A DNA stretch of 64,000 nt from Epiperipatus broadwayi. Its lineage: Eukaryota; Animalia; Onychophora. Where the stretch lies: assembly GCA_028023455.1 (NCBI GenBank), contig JAQFVV010000011.1, forward strand, positions 2,728,001 through 2,792,000, given 5' to 3'. The position numbers were made by a program, and so were the translations under genes. This document shows positions 25,201 through 38,585 of the stretch, piece by piece (position 1 is the first letter of the stretch; each line of letters starts with the position of its first letter). The notes beneath the pieces were generated by a model. It was not told where the DNA came from and did no database searches. It was given only the letters and a program-made list of their open reading frames with translations.

Positions 25201-26850
25201 CATTTTGCTTATATTGCTCTCATTTTTCTGGTTCATTCTCAAGAGTTTTGTTCTTCATGTTAGTATGTTTCTAGCATTAATATATTGTATTATGTTCTGG
25301 AATGTACACATTTTCTAAAACAGGATAAAAAGGTTGTAATTGTTATAAATCAACAGATCTACTAAGAATCAAGTATTATTATAGTTTTTGTTAATATGCC
25401 GTTTTTTCAAGGATCTTCTATCAAATTGTATGTACTGAAATATAATATAAAGATATATTTTTCTATGTGGTAAAGTGACTTTTATTAATACTATCCTTAT
25501 ATGCTCATAATAGATTAGTAACAACATATAATGGGTCATGTAAAATGTCAGACTGAGTATGGGAGTCACAAGTGTAAAAAAAACCCTGTGTACCACTGAT
25601 TTAAGACATACAATAAATATAAAAAAAATTCTCAAGTGATATATATATAGTGAGAAAAGATTTTCAAGCTAATCTTTGATTGAAATAAGTGTACTGTCCA
25701 CTTTAGTATAGTAGACAAATGCTACTCAAAAGTCAAAGCATTTCTGATTTAATTCATAGACCATTTTACTGTTATAGTATTCAAACATTGCATGACGTCA
25801 TGAGTGATTAATAACATGACGTTTATTGAAGAAAATAAAAAAAAATTACTCTGGCCAATGGAAGTAGACTTATTGCACCCTTCTACTTTCTGAACAATTA
25901 ACCAAAAAATTAAAAAAAAATGGTCAAATCAAAGCATAGATTAATTGAAAAATAAGAAAGTGAATAATAATTTAGAGAAAGAAATTTTAATGTGTTAATC
26001 CACAAAAGCATTCTAAAGAGAAAGACTGGTGATACTACTCTGACACATAAAACATCACTACACTGATATGTAAGTGATGATAACACATTTTACCTTGTTA
26101 GTCAATTCTCCTTTCTTAATCTTTTCAATTCACCAAATGATTCTTTGGTATTTTACACCTAATTGCAAGTAACATTTTCTTTAAGATCATTTAGCAGCTT
26201 TTTTCTTTTGCTATTATTATTTTTGAATCTTTTCACTTTTTTTTTTCCTCATAAGAATTTTATTGATTATATAATATGTTTACATTAGTACAATGGTGAA
26301 AGCAATACAGTTAAGGGCAAAGCCAGGATGAGGTTTACACCACTAGTCCAGTCAGGAACACCTAAGCCTTTTAACTTTTTGAATTCAATCATGTTTAAAA
26401 CTCATTTATTATTTTACATATTGTTTGGTTTTTACATTCTTGTTATTTACTTTTAACTATTATCATTTGTTCCAAATACTTTCTGAGTTTGTTTTGTGTG
26501 TGTGTGAATGTGTGCAATAATTTAATCTAATCTTTTTACAAAGTTGTACTCCAAAAATTTTAATTTTAGTAGTGTGCATAATAACCATTGTAATTAAATA
26601 AATTATTTTATGGATTCTTTATGTGTGAATAAAAAAAAAAATCCAGAAATAAACTCAAAACAGAACTTGACAACAAAATAATACTGCAGAAAGTAAATTA
26701 AAAAAGTTTATAAATAAGATTTAAAAGCAACAGGATCAATAAACTGAAAAAAGCACCACAAACTCATAAACTTATTTCAGAAGATTAAAACAAATTATAC
26801 CATTTAAACACTTATTTTTAAATCAATTAAAATATGAATTAATTTAGTTG

Positions 26851-27183
26851 TATTTTTATATTGGACTATTTCCATCATCTAATATGCGTATTGAATGTCT
26901 TTAGAAAAGGATGGCTCCGTTGGTTAGAGTATTATCTTAAAATTCAATAATCAAGAATCTAAGGATCCAGGTTTGAAACTCATACTAGTACTGTCATCAG
27001 GCCAGCAACATCTGAAGAAGAGGAGAGAATAATACCTCTCAAAACATTGTGCATATGCTAACCTGTTTGATGTGCGATTACTAATAATTGAATGTATTTG
27101 GAATATTTAAATAAAGTTAAATTTTTCTAAAGACATTTAATACATATATTATTAGATGATGGAAATAGTCCAATATAAAAATA
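26851..27183 (+). mobile_element. Fold-back element with tRNA-type A/B boxes and family-C HHR remnant
   Basis: Inverted arms ~60 bp; A box TGGCTCCGTTGG (~26922), B box GGTTTGAAAC (~26971); CAT-CTGAAGA-AGAGG...CCTCTC-AAAA-CA-TT-GTG at 27009-27051. Confidence 0.75.
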
Positions 27184-28599
27184 TAACTAGAACACCATCA
27201 TCAAAAATTTTGAGGAAAACATTAATCAATTTAGTTTTTTTTTTTTTTGGAACAAAAACTGCATACAGAATAAAATTTTTTGTAATCCTTTTCATTCTTG
27301 TTTGTAATAAATTGGCTGAAACATATCTAACATTGGCAAAAGAAAAGGTTTTTTATATTTATTTATTTTATTTTTTATTAAGTGTAGCTCAGCACACTTT
27401 CAGTTTGAAAAACGATGCTATGAATCTGGTTTTTCAAACCAAATATGCTCAGCTACACTTAATAAAATATAAATAAAATATAATAAACCTATTCTTTTGA
27501 CGATGTTAGAAATATTTTGACCAATTTATTACACACACAATAAATATATTTGCAAAAGATGTAAGCTGAAAAGAATTTTCTCTTAACATTAAATAACACA
27601 TAAATACAATACTAAACTTAATAATTTTCAAAGGTTTGTTTTGTTTCATTTAAAATTTAAGTGGCAATAAATCAATCTGAGAAATACATAACAATTATAA
27701 AAATGCTTGAGATGTTCACATTTTATTTGTAAATGTTTCCCAGGCTTGCATTCAGAACCTATCTGGAATCTTCCTCATGTAACCTCTGAGTCCAGTTCAC
27801 AGCAAAATGTAAACTAATTTGTGAATTGAAAATAAAAATCTTACAAAATATCTGGTATATTTTAATTTTTGATATTAAAACATCAAATTTTATTTTGTTT
27901 TTTCTTACAGGTAAAATACCATTAATTAGAAATCTCAGAATCCAAAGCAGTTTAGGATTTTAAAAATTGATTTTCTATTCTCATCATTATAAATCCAAAC
28001 TCTGGTAGATAAAAAAACAGGCAGCTCACTGCAATTAGGCTTATTAATTTCTAGGTATTTACTGACACCCCCTCCCCAAGTACAACCTAATTTATTTATT
28101 AAAAAGGTTAAAGATCACTTTTAAAACTTTGTTTGAATAATAAAAATTTTTGAGTAATAAGTACTTGGATTAATAAAATGTTCTACTTATATTACTATAT
28201 TTATATATATATTAACAAGAAGTTGTATGTATGTAAGCTAATGGTTAAAATTTATTATATCACTTTAAAATTGAGATAGTAAAGTAAATTGGGTTGAGGG
28301 GATGTCAAGCAATAATAGAAATAGTTGTTTATAATATTCTCAAACCTGGTTTCTAGACCAGCTTTGGTCAGATGGTTTAACTTCCATGCATTAATATATA
28401 CACACAACCAAAAATAATTACATCCCTGTTCCTTAATAAAAAGTAAATTAAAAAATTATTGAAATATATAATTGATAAAAATATTATATATTGTGTGGGT
28501 CAGAATTGTATGTTCATCTAACAAGAGCTAGCATCTAGGCAAAAGTACCTAGAGTTCAATCATATGCGAGATACATAAGTCAGGAATAATCATGAACCC

Positions 28600-31120
28600 T
28601 GCCCTACTGCCTATTTCCCAAATCTATAACATTACGAACAACACTTCTGATGATAGCAAATGAAATTTCTAACAATTCCCGTCCCAGAGCATCAGCAGAG
28701 AAACAAGAGATCTATTAGATTAACTAAGGGATGACGCAATATAATAATCGATGTGCATGCATGAATGAATAAAATATCCAAAGAATAGGTTATTAAATGA
28801 TTAATTTATTTATAATAATCTTAATAATATGGTTAAACTTGTATATAAACAAAATGGATGATAGAAAGGATTAAATACGTCATGAATCTAATTAAACATA
28901 ATGAATGTTTTCCGGGTTTCACATAATTAATATTTATTTGTGCATTCCATACTGACCTATGCAACATAACTTAAGGATTAATGGATATGCGAATACAAGT
29001 ACAAGTATTGATAAAATCAGTAACTAATCAAAACAATGTGGCTTAATATGCTAATTAAAGACATCAAGTTTACGAGGTTTATATTCTGAACACTATGATA
29101 TTTTAAATAACAAATAATCTAACAAATTTCAATAATTATAAGTGGGTTTTATCACAGTTATCCTAACTGCAGATTAATTATGTTTCAAATTCTAAAAGGT
29201 ATACAACATTTACGATTTACATTAATGATTTGAAAAGAGTACATTTATTTTCGCATTCGGTTACATGATTTGACTTTTGTAGGATTTATTAGAAGTTATT
29301 TCTCAATGTATCTAGGAATTGTTCAACAAGAAGGCGGACAGCTTAAGTATGCTTTAACACGTGACATTTCCAACTAAAATAATATAATAAAATGAAAGCT
29401 TTGGGATGGTTTAAGAGATCATAGCATTATGACTTATAGACTAATAGAGGAGACGATAAAATATGACTAACTGCGGTGTTGACCGAATGATAACATCAGG
29501 AAGGATGAGAAGCTTCATCAACTTTAGAGTGAACGAACGAGCTCATCTGTGCTTGTGACAGATGGCATCTGAAGAAGTGGTTTGGTAGGGTGTTATGGTT
29601 TTGAGGATTCCAAATGTTAACCCATATAGAGCCTAGTGACAACCAAGCACAACCTTTGGAGTCGGGGCCTCCACACTCCACCGAGAAATGTGCCTTACAA
29701 AATAATCTGGTAATGAAGGAAAGTTTAACAAAGCAACATATAAATTTATGTACATTATCATCGATAAGCAATGCCAAGGATTTCAGGTCTGTAGTGACAC
29801 TGATATGTTAAGGCCTTAGAAAGTAATCAAATCTGGCATAATGGTATGATATGGTTTAAATCATCCTTAATGGCACATAATTGGCCTAAAATATTAATTA
29901 GAACATCAATTATAAAAAGGAGAGTATATGACTCCCTTCGTTAAACAAGTATCAGTATGTTTGAGAAGAGAAAGACTTAATTAAAATCATCATTAGATGG
30001 CAGGTTAATCAAATAATTGATTACTCACTAAAGGTAAGGTCACGAACTCTAATTTACTCTATATTAAATTTCCTAAATCAATAGCATTAAAATACAAGTA
30101 AAATGATATCTTTAAATGATAATGGATAATATATTATGAAATACAAAACAATTCAGGAATATTATTCAACCGGATGAACTTTATAATTTAGTAAGAAAGC
30201 TTACATTTACTGATTTAAGATTCCAAAATGGTGGAATAGTAAAATAAGACAAGATCGGTTCACCAGGTTGAATTATTATCATATTAAAGTATATATGATT
30301 AACATAAAATCAAATAAAAGTTGCTGCATTTAAAAATAATAGGACAGCAAGAGTGAAACCTAGCAAGTGAGTTTAGAAAATAAAAATTATAGATTCATGC
30401 TAAAAGAAAGTCATTATTCTAAGAAAATTAATAATCGGCTTTGTATTGCCGATTGTGAAATAGGCAGATTACATTTTAAATAACAGAGAGATTACATAAA
30501 TGGAAGTTTTATAAAGATACAATTTAAACGAAAATAACTTTACATAGCTGGAGGTTGAAAATTTACATTTTTAAGAATATTAAAAGCATTTAGATGGAGG
30601 TTTTAAAGTTCATATTGCGGCGGAGAATTACCTTTAGTTGTTGAAGACTTGATGGCCATATACGTGTATGTGGATATCATTCTGAGAAATACAGTCAATA
30701 AGGCAGATTTTTGGGAAAATAGTGGCTGGCATCCTTTCCTAGTTTATTTAAGAGTTCATTTAGGCAGTATTTATGGGGCGATGGCATAAGAGTATGGCAG
30801 CATGGATCTGATCTTGGAAAGATCAGGGAAGCAAATTTCTCTTCTACTCACTATTCATAATGTTAAAATTTTGAGTGACATAGATTCATCCTGCAACACC
30901 TTTTGAAAATCAAATGCAGAGTGTTTTATATAAAAAATTTGGCTGTATTTATACACACTGAAACTGCCTCTGGTAATCCCTGGATGTCCATTAACGGTCA
31001 ACTGTTATACCTTTATTTTAAAATATGGACGAGATATAAGTTCGAGAGAGCAATCGTTTCAGTCTATTTTTAGTTGGAAATAGACCCGCAGGATAAATGT
31101 TTTAAATAATGTAAATCTTT
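28600..31120 (+). other. CpG-retaining, degenerate coding-like island of unknown origin (possible endogenous viral element)
   Basis: More CpG than the flanks; broken frame with SFRQYLWGDGIRVWQHGSDLGKIREAN (30756-30836) and TASGNPWMSING (30963-30998). Confidence 0.3.
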
Positions 31121-32574
31121 TAAAATAAATCTATGCCAACAAAAGCTTTTTTAAATTCAAATAAGGCATGTCTTTTGTTTGCAAATTTTCAGTTACTCTC
31201 TAGAACTTACTCTCAAATTAAATAGTACATGAATAAATATATATATATAACCTGAACATGTTTAATGCTATTATTATACTCATTTATCTGTTACACACAC
31301 ACACATGCACGATTATTTACCGTGATGGAAATTTATATACTTTATAATTAAATTAAATATTATTAAATGAGAATAATGCTTAGCTAACAAGAGGTGAAAA
31401 TAATCACCTGCATATGTATACCTGCACTCCCTAGTGATTTACTACTACACAACTGAGTTTGAACCCCTGTTTGAAGGTTCCAAACATCACTAGACAGTGA
31501 AGCAAAATATGTGCAACAGATTTGACTGCTTCAATATAGAGCTTGCAAAATAAGCTCTTAACAAGCAGAAACTGGTCTGGGATTGGGATCTTCTCAAAGC
31601 TTGATAAGAGTTTATTTTGCGAGCTCTATACATAACGTTTGTAAATATAAGCTTATTAAATTAGGTCATGTGACACCTGACTTGATTTTTTTGTAATTAA
31701 TAAAAAAAACGTAAGATTCAACTAAATATTAAATGTCATTCATACTAATTATTTGTGATAATTATTTGTTATGGGTGGTAGGCTATTTATTATCATTATT
31801 TCTACTCTGAGGAGTTAGCCCAATGACAAAGTAGCTAACTATTGAGCTAAATGTTTTGTGAAAGAAATTAAAAGAGACAAAAAAAGTATTAAAGAATTTT
31901 TAGAGTTTCTTCTGCTATTGTCTTTGATTCTCAAATGACTCTTGCTTTTCCATGTAATTGAACTTCTAGACAATTCAGCATTCAATAGTCAAATAGTTAT
32001 CTTTAACACTATTAGAAGAGATATAACTATACTAAATAAATCTCTTTAATAAAAATAGTTTTTTTAATAAACATTACTGTCCTTACCATTAATTATATCT
32101 TTTTTATTTCTATTATTTTGCCCACCCATTGCAAGAATGAAACGCTCTTCAAGTTTAACCCAATAACTTATATTGACTTATCTCAATCTATAACCAGTTT
32201 TATTTATTAATTTTAAAAACCTATTAGAAGTATGTACATTGAGTTTCTTTGTTCAGAAGCAGGTAAAAGTCAGTGACTAAGTGATAACCCTTTATTATTA
32301 TTGATAAGATTCAGTCCCTGCTTGCCTTTCTCCGCATCATTATGTTGTGTAAATACAAGCATAAAGATAATGAATCTGCGATTATGATTATAGAGGTACC
32401 TTTATTTCACTTCCCTTAATTGGTTAGTTTTGATTCATTGTTGTACTATGAATCCTAATTAGCAATAATAATTTTAGTTAAGATTTATATGTTAAGCAAT
32501 GGCAAGTTATAGTTGGTGTTTATAAAAATTGTTACTTGAACATAACATCAATTCTTTTTAACACTTGTTATTTG

Positions 32575-33320
32575 CAAATTGTTACATTTTGATTTACAAG
32601 TGCCAAATTTACTCTGCCCACAACTTTGAGATCACCTACTCTAGATAAATACATTAATGATTTCCACTAATCATATATTAAACTAGAAATTATTCCTAGC
32701 ACAGATAATATCTGATTTTTTAATTAAACACACACAAATAGAATAATTCAATTTAATTTCTTTTTTTCCACATGTAATATCATTGTTATAAAAATGTACT
32801 TAATGATCTTACTCCATCACACTTTGTTTAAACTTATGAATAAAAACTCTATCTTAAAAAGACAAATAAACTCCAAATTGCACCATGTATTGAATTATTA
32901 CTCATTAGTTAACAGAGATTATATAACCTTATCATATGTTCTCTATTTATCAATAATAAATTGTTACATTTTGATTTAAAGGGATAAAACTTACTCCATG
33001 CACAATTTTGACACAATCTACTCTAGACAAATATTTTATCATCTATCACTACTTATTTAAGTAAAGATTATCCCTAACCTATATATAAACTTTAAACCTG
33101 TTAGCAGATGATATCAAAGTTGTGGGTGGAGTAAGTTTGATTCTTCTAAATCTAAATGTAACCATTTATTATTGATAAATACTAAACATATTTTAAGTTC
33201 ATATGTGAGAAATTGTGACCTGGATCAAATGATGAATGATAGTTCAGCACAAAATGTGTCTTGGTGATCATTTGTCTTTTAAGAAGTCCTTATTTATATG
33301 TTTCAGGAATATGCAGTGCT
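32575..33320 (+). mobile_element. PLE-derived fold-back plus decayed family A HHR
   Basis: Inverted arms 32945-32977 and 33148-33180, related to the 18.4 kb element; followed by atgatga...agcacaaaatgtgtcttgg near 33230-33272. Confidence 0.6.
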
Positions 33321-34526
33321 TGAATGTTACCAAGGACACCTATAAAATAGTTATTTATATATTTTATCTCTTCACAAAGCATTCTTTTTTGAGTTTGAAT
33401 TCATGACCTGAAAATTAATATTCAATCTCCACCTATCTCTACTTTTTTTTATAAACAAAAATTCTGTTCTACATATAAATATTCTTATGATATACTAATA
33501 GCATATAAAGTATTCTATCGCGAGTTGGAATTTATAATCTTAAAATTAAATTACTTTTCAAATAATTAGATTACAACATATCTCTATTTTTATGATTTTT
33601 TATATATACACACACATGCAAAATCTGCCATATACAAAAACCTCAAGGTTTAATTAATAGCTTACCTACCAGCCACATCAGCGATCTGGAATTTGTATTC
33701 AAATTGGATAAGATTATAACATTTTTGAAGTTCCAAGCAGGAATAGGATTCTTGTTTAGGCAACCCAACTAGCCACTCAAAATTAATTGATAAATGACAT
33801 CTAACAAGTTTGGATAGTATTGAAATTTTTACCACTTGATATTTAAAAAATAATGATTTGTCTTTCACTACTCTTCTTAGGAGAGCTTTTATAAAATTCT
33901 TGCGCTGCAGCGAGTTAAGCTGTTTTATCTTTCTACCACACATATACATTTTTACGTATACAAGTTAAAGAAATCTAAATTTTACTACGAAGATACAGTA
34001 AAAAAGTTCTTTAGATGGATAATAATACATTTGAACAAACAGAAATGATAAAAGCTAGAATTTTTTTCAAGTTAATGATTCTCTTTGAAGAAAGAAAATC
34101 TCCGAAGCTTCAGCAACTGGAAATGGCATTTTTAAGCATTCTGATTTCCTTATCCTAGAAAAAATAGCAATTTAATTTTTTTAAAAAAAAAGAAGGAAAG
34201 AGAAAGACTGATAACATTACTACATAGAAAGCAATTTACCACTACTATGTAATAAAGGGACAAATGGTAATCTATTTGCTCTCTTCTAGATGAAAAAATC
34301 TTGTTCCTACTCTCTTAAAACTAATGACCTACTGAGGTTTTTTTTTCTTAGTAAAAATGCTTAATAAAAGAAAATAATTATTATGCTTGCATTTTAAAAA
34401 TATACGTAGACGTGTATTTCAATCTCTGATAAAAATAGATTCAGCATCCAGAACAATAAAGGCTACAGTGAATTCAGTAATATTGATTATCAATGATAAG
34501 AGTCTTTGCTAAGAGTCTTTGCTATT

Positions 34527-34632
34527 TGTCAAGCGTTGTTAGCCGAGAGGTCATCGCAGCCGCGTTGCAAGCAAGTAGTTGGTTGCAGACTGTTGTAGGT
34601 TCGCCTCCTGCCGATGCTATGACATATGAAAA
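34527..34632 (+). mobile_element. Short tRNA-derived SINE, copy 3, perfect 16-bp TSD
   Basis: TSD aagagtctttgctatt at 34511-34526 and 34633-34648; acceptor AGCGTTG/CGATGCT, T arm GTAGG-TTCGCCT-CCTGC. Confidence 0.9.
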
Positions 34633-34866
34633 AAGAGTCTTTGCTATTAGTTAGAATGCTCTCAGATTTTGACTTCAGATCATATGTATGGTAGATGTAT
34701 GTGCTATCATTATACCAAAAGGTCTTTTCATGTTAGAGAATTTTGTACCAATATTTCACTGAGATTGCACTTGCCAAGGTGAAATTCAGATAAAGTGTTG
34801 GCACAATATTCCTGTTAATTACATTTAGATGAACCCGGAAAATATAATTTAAACATATATATATAA

Positions 34867-35015
34867 TAATGAATATTATCAGGGTACATACAGGTATAAT
34901 TTATTGTAAAATATATATAAACCAACGTCATCAACTGTATATATATATAGACGTTGGTTTATATATATATTTTACAATAAATTATACATGGATGTACCCA
35001 GATAATATTTCATTT
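34867..35015. repeat. Near-perfect hairpin, ~63-bp arms, 20-nt loop
   Basis: 34867-34929 is the reverse complement of 34950-35015 with few mismatches. Confidence 0.85.
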
Positions 35016-35271
35016 ATATCTACAACCTGTAAAAATCTTCAACTTAATATATATATATAGGTCAAATAGACCGAATAAATAAATGCATTACAAAGACCTC
35101 TTCAATAGTCCTTTATAGATGACTAATGAAAGCATTTTCATTTTAATTTATGAATTTTTTATAATGTAAAAGACTCACTAATGTTGATATAATAAAAAAA
35201 TAATTGAATGGCTTTATTAGTTGGGAATTCAAGCAATGGAAGTGATACAATTGGAGAGACATGGACTTTTA

Positions 35272-35486
35272 AGGGTAATTTTACTAGTGCTAAAATTGGA
35301 TGCAAACCATGGACCTTAAGCTCCAGAGTCTGTTATTCTACCATTGCTCTAAAACATACAGGGTAATTATTATGTCTTGACATTAGTGTTACAATTGGAT
35401 GCAAGCCATGGACCTTAAACTCCAGAGACTTTTACTCTATCACTACTCTAAGACACACAGGGTAATTATTACATCTTGACGTTAGT
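35272..35486 (-). repeat. 99-bp tandem repeat of a tRNA-like SINE fragment
   Basis: Units start at 35285 and 35384; minus strand has degenerate A (TAGAGTAGTGA) and B (GGCTTGCATCC) boxes. Confidence 0.5.
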
Positions 35487-38134
35487 AATTAAAATAATCA
35501 AATTTGTTCACTGCTTAAGATTTAATAAGTTCAAGTGCTATTATGAACTTTGAACTCCAGAGTTGACCACTCTGCCCCTGTACCAAATCAGGCAGTAATA
35601 TTATAGTTGATGATGTACCAATAAATATTGTGACATAAAAATAAACTGGCAATAATAAACTACCTATAAGTACCTACCGTCAGCTGAGGACATTTTGTAT
35701 ATATATTCATTAGTTTCTTTTCCTATTTATTTATTAATTTTTGAATATATATAATACAGAATTAAGGAGAACAGAGTAAGAGCATTATAATAATTAAAAA
35801 ATAAACTTTCAATAATTTATTCCTGTAGAGAGATGCTTCCTAATTATTAATACATTCTCAAATTTTAAGAATGCTTGAGGTTCCTACTAAATGAGGTGAG
35901 TAAAAGCGATCTCATTACGAAGACCGACTAGATTGGGTGGGAAAAGCAATTAAGAATAAACGCAGCATATGTTTTGAGTTAGGAAAATGAATTACTGGTT
36001 ATTTATAGTAATAGATAAACGAAGTTTGACTGTTTAAAATATATTTAAAAAAATTAATGCTCAAACAACATGCCTCCATTATTAATTCAAAGCATAATTT
36101 ACATTTTGATAATACTAACCTTCACAACACTCGGAGAAATTATATAAATCTATGCAATTAAATTACATTTATTTTTAGAGTATTATAAAAGATAAGTAAT
36201 TGGAAATTATTAAAAGTGGCGAAAGAGATAGCTACAAATGAAAACTAAAACATGCAGTAAAAAGTAAACTTATCAGTGCAATCTATGATTTATAACTAAA
36301 ATTGAATACAGTGGATGTAAAGATGAGATTATGACTAAACTAGAAAAATAACGTTATTAAATATATTATTGTATACAGATTTAGCAAGTATTTAAGATGT
36401 TTATTTACACAATAAAAACAAATTATTGTTTTATATGTGCAAATGTTATTGAAAATAAAAGTATTAACTTTGCTAATGATATGCTATTATTGAACTAAAT
36501 ACTAAAAACACTTTGTTTATATCAAAAAATTGGTACAAAGACAATTCAAAGTGTTTGCATTGATAAGAATTTTTCGCAGAACAATCATGTCAGAATATGT
36601 TGTATGAAATATTTACAATGAGGTGCCCAAAAATAACTGGCATCATTCCCTGGTTTGTGCACCTATTGTAGTATATATTTCCACTGTTACATACTTCTTG
36701 CAGGGATTCTTGCATCACTCTGCCAAATGACACCAACGTGTAAAATCATGGTACCACATAGCACATTTTTTTGCAAAGTGTATTTTGTGTATTGGGCCAC
36801 TTTTATAATAACTGAAAAGTTCAAACAATGTGAAATTCTGTTTTCATTTACAAAAAACAGCAGAGAAAACAGTTGTAAAGCTTTAAATACATTGTGAGCA
36901 CGCTGATCTCATAAAAACACAAGTTTATGAGTGGTTTAATTAAAATGTTAAATTCGCCACATCCCTAAAGCATGCAAGTAAAGTCCAAAGTCAAAAAAGT
37001 GCTGATATTTTTAATACAAATGACATTTTTATCTCAGATTTAGTTCATAATAATCAGGCATTTTATCTGCAAGTTCTTAAACATTTATGCAATGTGGTAA
37101 AATATAAACATTCAATTTTGTGGCAAAGAAAAGAGTGTAATCTTCACTTCAGCAAAGTGTCATTTCTCACAGCCTTGAGTGTGAAATGCTTTTTAATTAA
37201 ATTCAGCATGACCTAGCTTATCTGTTACCCATATTGCTCAATCTTGTTTTGTGCATTTTTTTTAAATATCTCAAATGAAAAAAATGTTTCAATTTTTTTT
37301 TCTTGCAGACTTAGAAGTAGTGAAAAAACAACACTGCATGCATTAAAAGGCATCACTTTGTACATGTTTCCAGACTATTTTGAAAAATAAAACCATGTTT
37401 AGACTTACGTATTAGATCAAATGGATAGTAATTTAAAAATGATTAAATTTATAACCCTTAAAAATAAATAAACAAGTTTTTAATATAAAATTCTGATTAC
37501 TTTTGAGTATCCCCTTCTTTATTCCTAAACATTATATATTTGGTCAGCAGTAAAAATCATTTATGTGTGATTAAAATTATTAGTACATTAATAAGAGGGT
37601 CATTGAATAAATTACACTACAGATAGCAATCTGAATATAAGAAAAAGTTTATATTTTCTACAAGTGTAGATGATTAAATAGATAAAAAAAAATAACACTT
37701 TCCAAGGTTTATAATAAATCCTATTCCAAACATGCTATAAGAAATTTAGCTTTCATCTTTAGAAGCAATTACTATTTGAGCTAAATTTTAACAATAATCA
37801 AATAATGATATGCATTTTTCTTCTTATACAACAATTTTTATATGATGATTTGCTATAGTGATCATCATCTATTTGTCCCATTTTATTAAGCAAGCAATAA
37901 TTCACAATAGAAATTTAAAAGTGGTCATATTTTTTAAATGGTGATTATTCTATAATATTATTGGCATCATAAGATATTGATGTTATGAAACAATATTATC
38001 CTCATATGATAAAATGCTAAGATTAATTTCAAAAAAATATATAAATATTATTCATGATTGACAACAAACTTCCAAGGCAGATATAAACTAATAAATACCC
38101 TAAAAGTAAATTGAAAAATACAATTAATCATGAG

Positions 38135-38585
38135 TCATCATCATCATCATCAACCATTATCAATCCACTGCAGGATGAAGGTCTCTCCAAGTTTAATCCA
38201 CCTTCTCTGATCTTTAGCTTTTCTTCTCTGTATCACCCCTGCACACTTTCTTATTTCATCCATCCATCTCACATGTGGTCTCTTTCTGGGTCTTTTACAA
38301 TCTCTTGGAATCCAGTTTAAGATTTTAATTGTCCACCTATTGGAATCTCTTCTAGCAATATGTCCAGCCCAACTCCACTTCAATCTTTTAATTTTTTCAG
38401 TGAGGTCAGTAACACCTGTTTGTTTTCTTACCCATACATTGCATTTTCGATCTCTTCTTGTTACTCCCAACATGCATCTCTCCATACTTTTTGAGTGGTC
38501 TGAGTCTCTGTATTGCTCTTCTATTAAGTGTCCAAGTCTCAGATCCATATGTAAGAACTGGTAAAACACATTTGTTAAAAACCTT
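38135..38585 (-). mobile_element. 5'-truncated RTE-clade LINE with (GAT)n tail
   Basis: ORF 38150..38569 MERCMLGVTRRDR...KWSWAGHIARR...RWTIKILNWIPR...ILQWIDNG; tail 38135-38152. Confidence 0.9.

Noticed and set aside
24960-25314. Host exons with good minus-strand splice sites
   Set aside because: In-frame stops, a 40-nt apparent intron and a pogo-like LQPL motif favour a dead transposase.
25791-25802. CRE palindrome CATGACGTCATG
   Set aside because: A single short motif without supporting context.
27909-28001. 93-nt minus-strand exon candidate
   Set aside because: All three frames have stops unless a homopolymer error is assumed.
28640-28670. ctgatga-tagcaaat-gaaa resembling family E
   Set aside because: No stem II 3' strand and no stem I pairing.
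33662-33949. 95-aa minus ORF ending at a GTAAG donor
   Set aside because: No recognisable protein and no clear acceptor; needs RNA-seq.
34527-34632. Functional tRNA gene
   Set aside because: Enlarged anticodon loop, altered T loop (TTCGCCT), A-tail and TSD indicate a retroposed copy.
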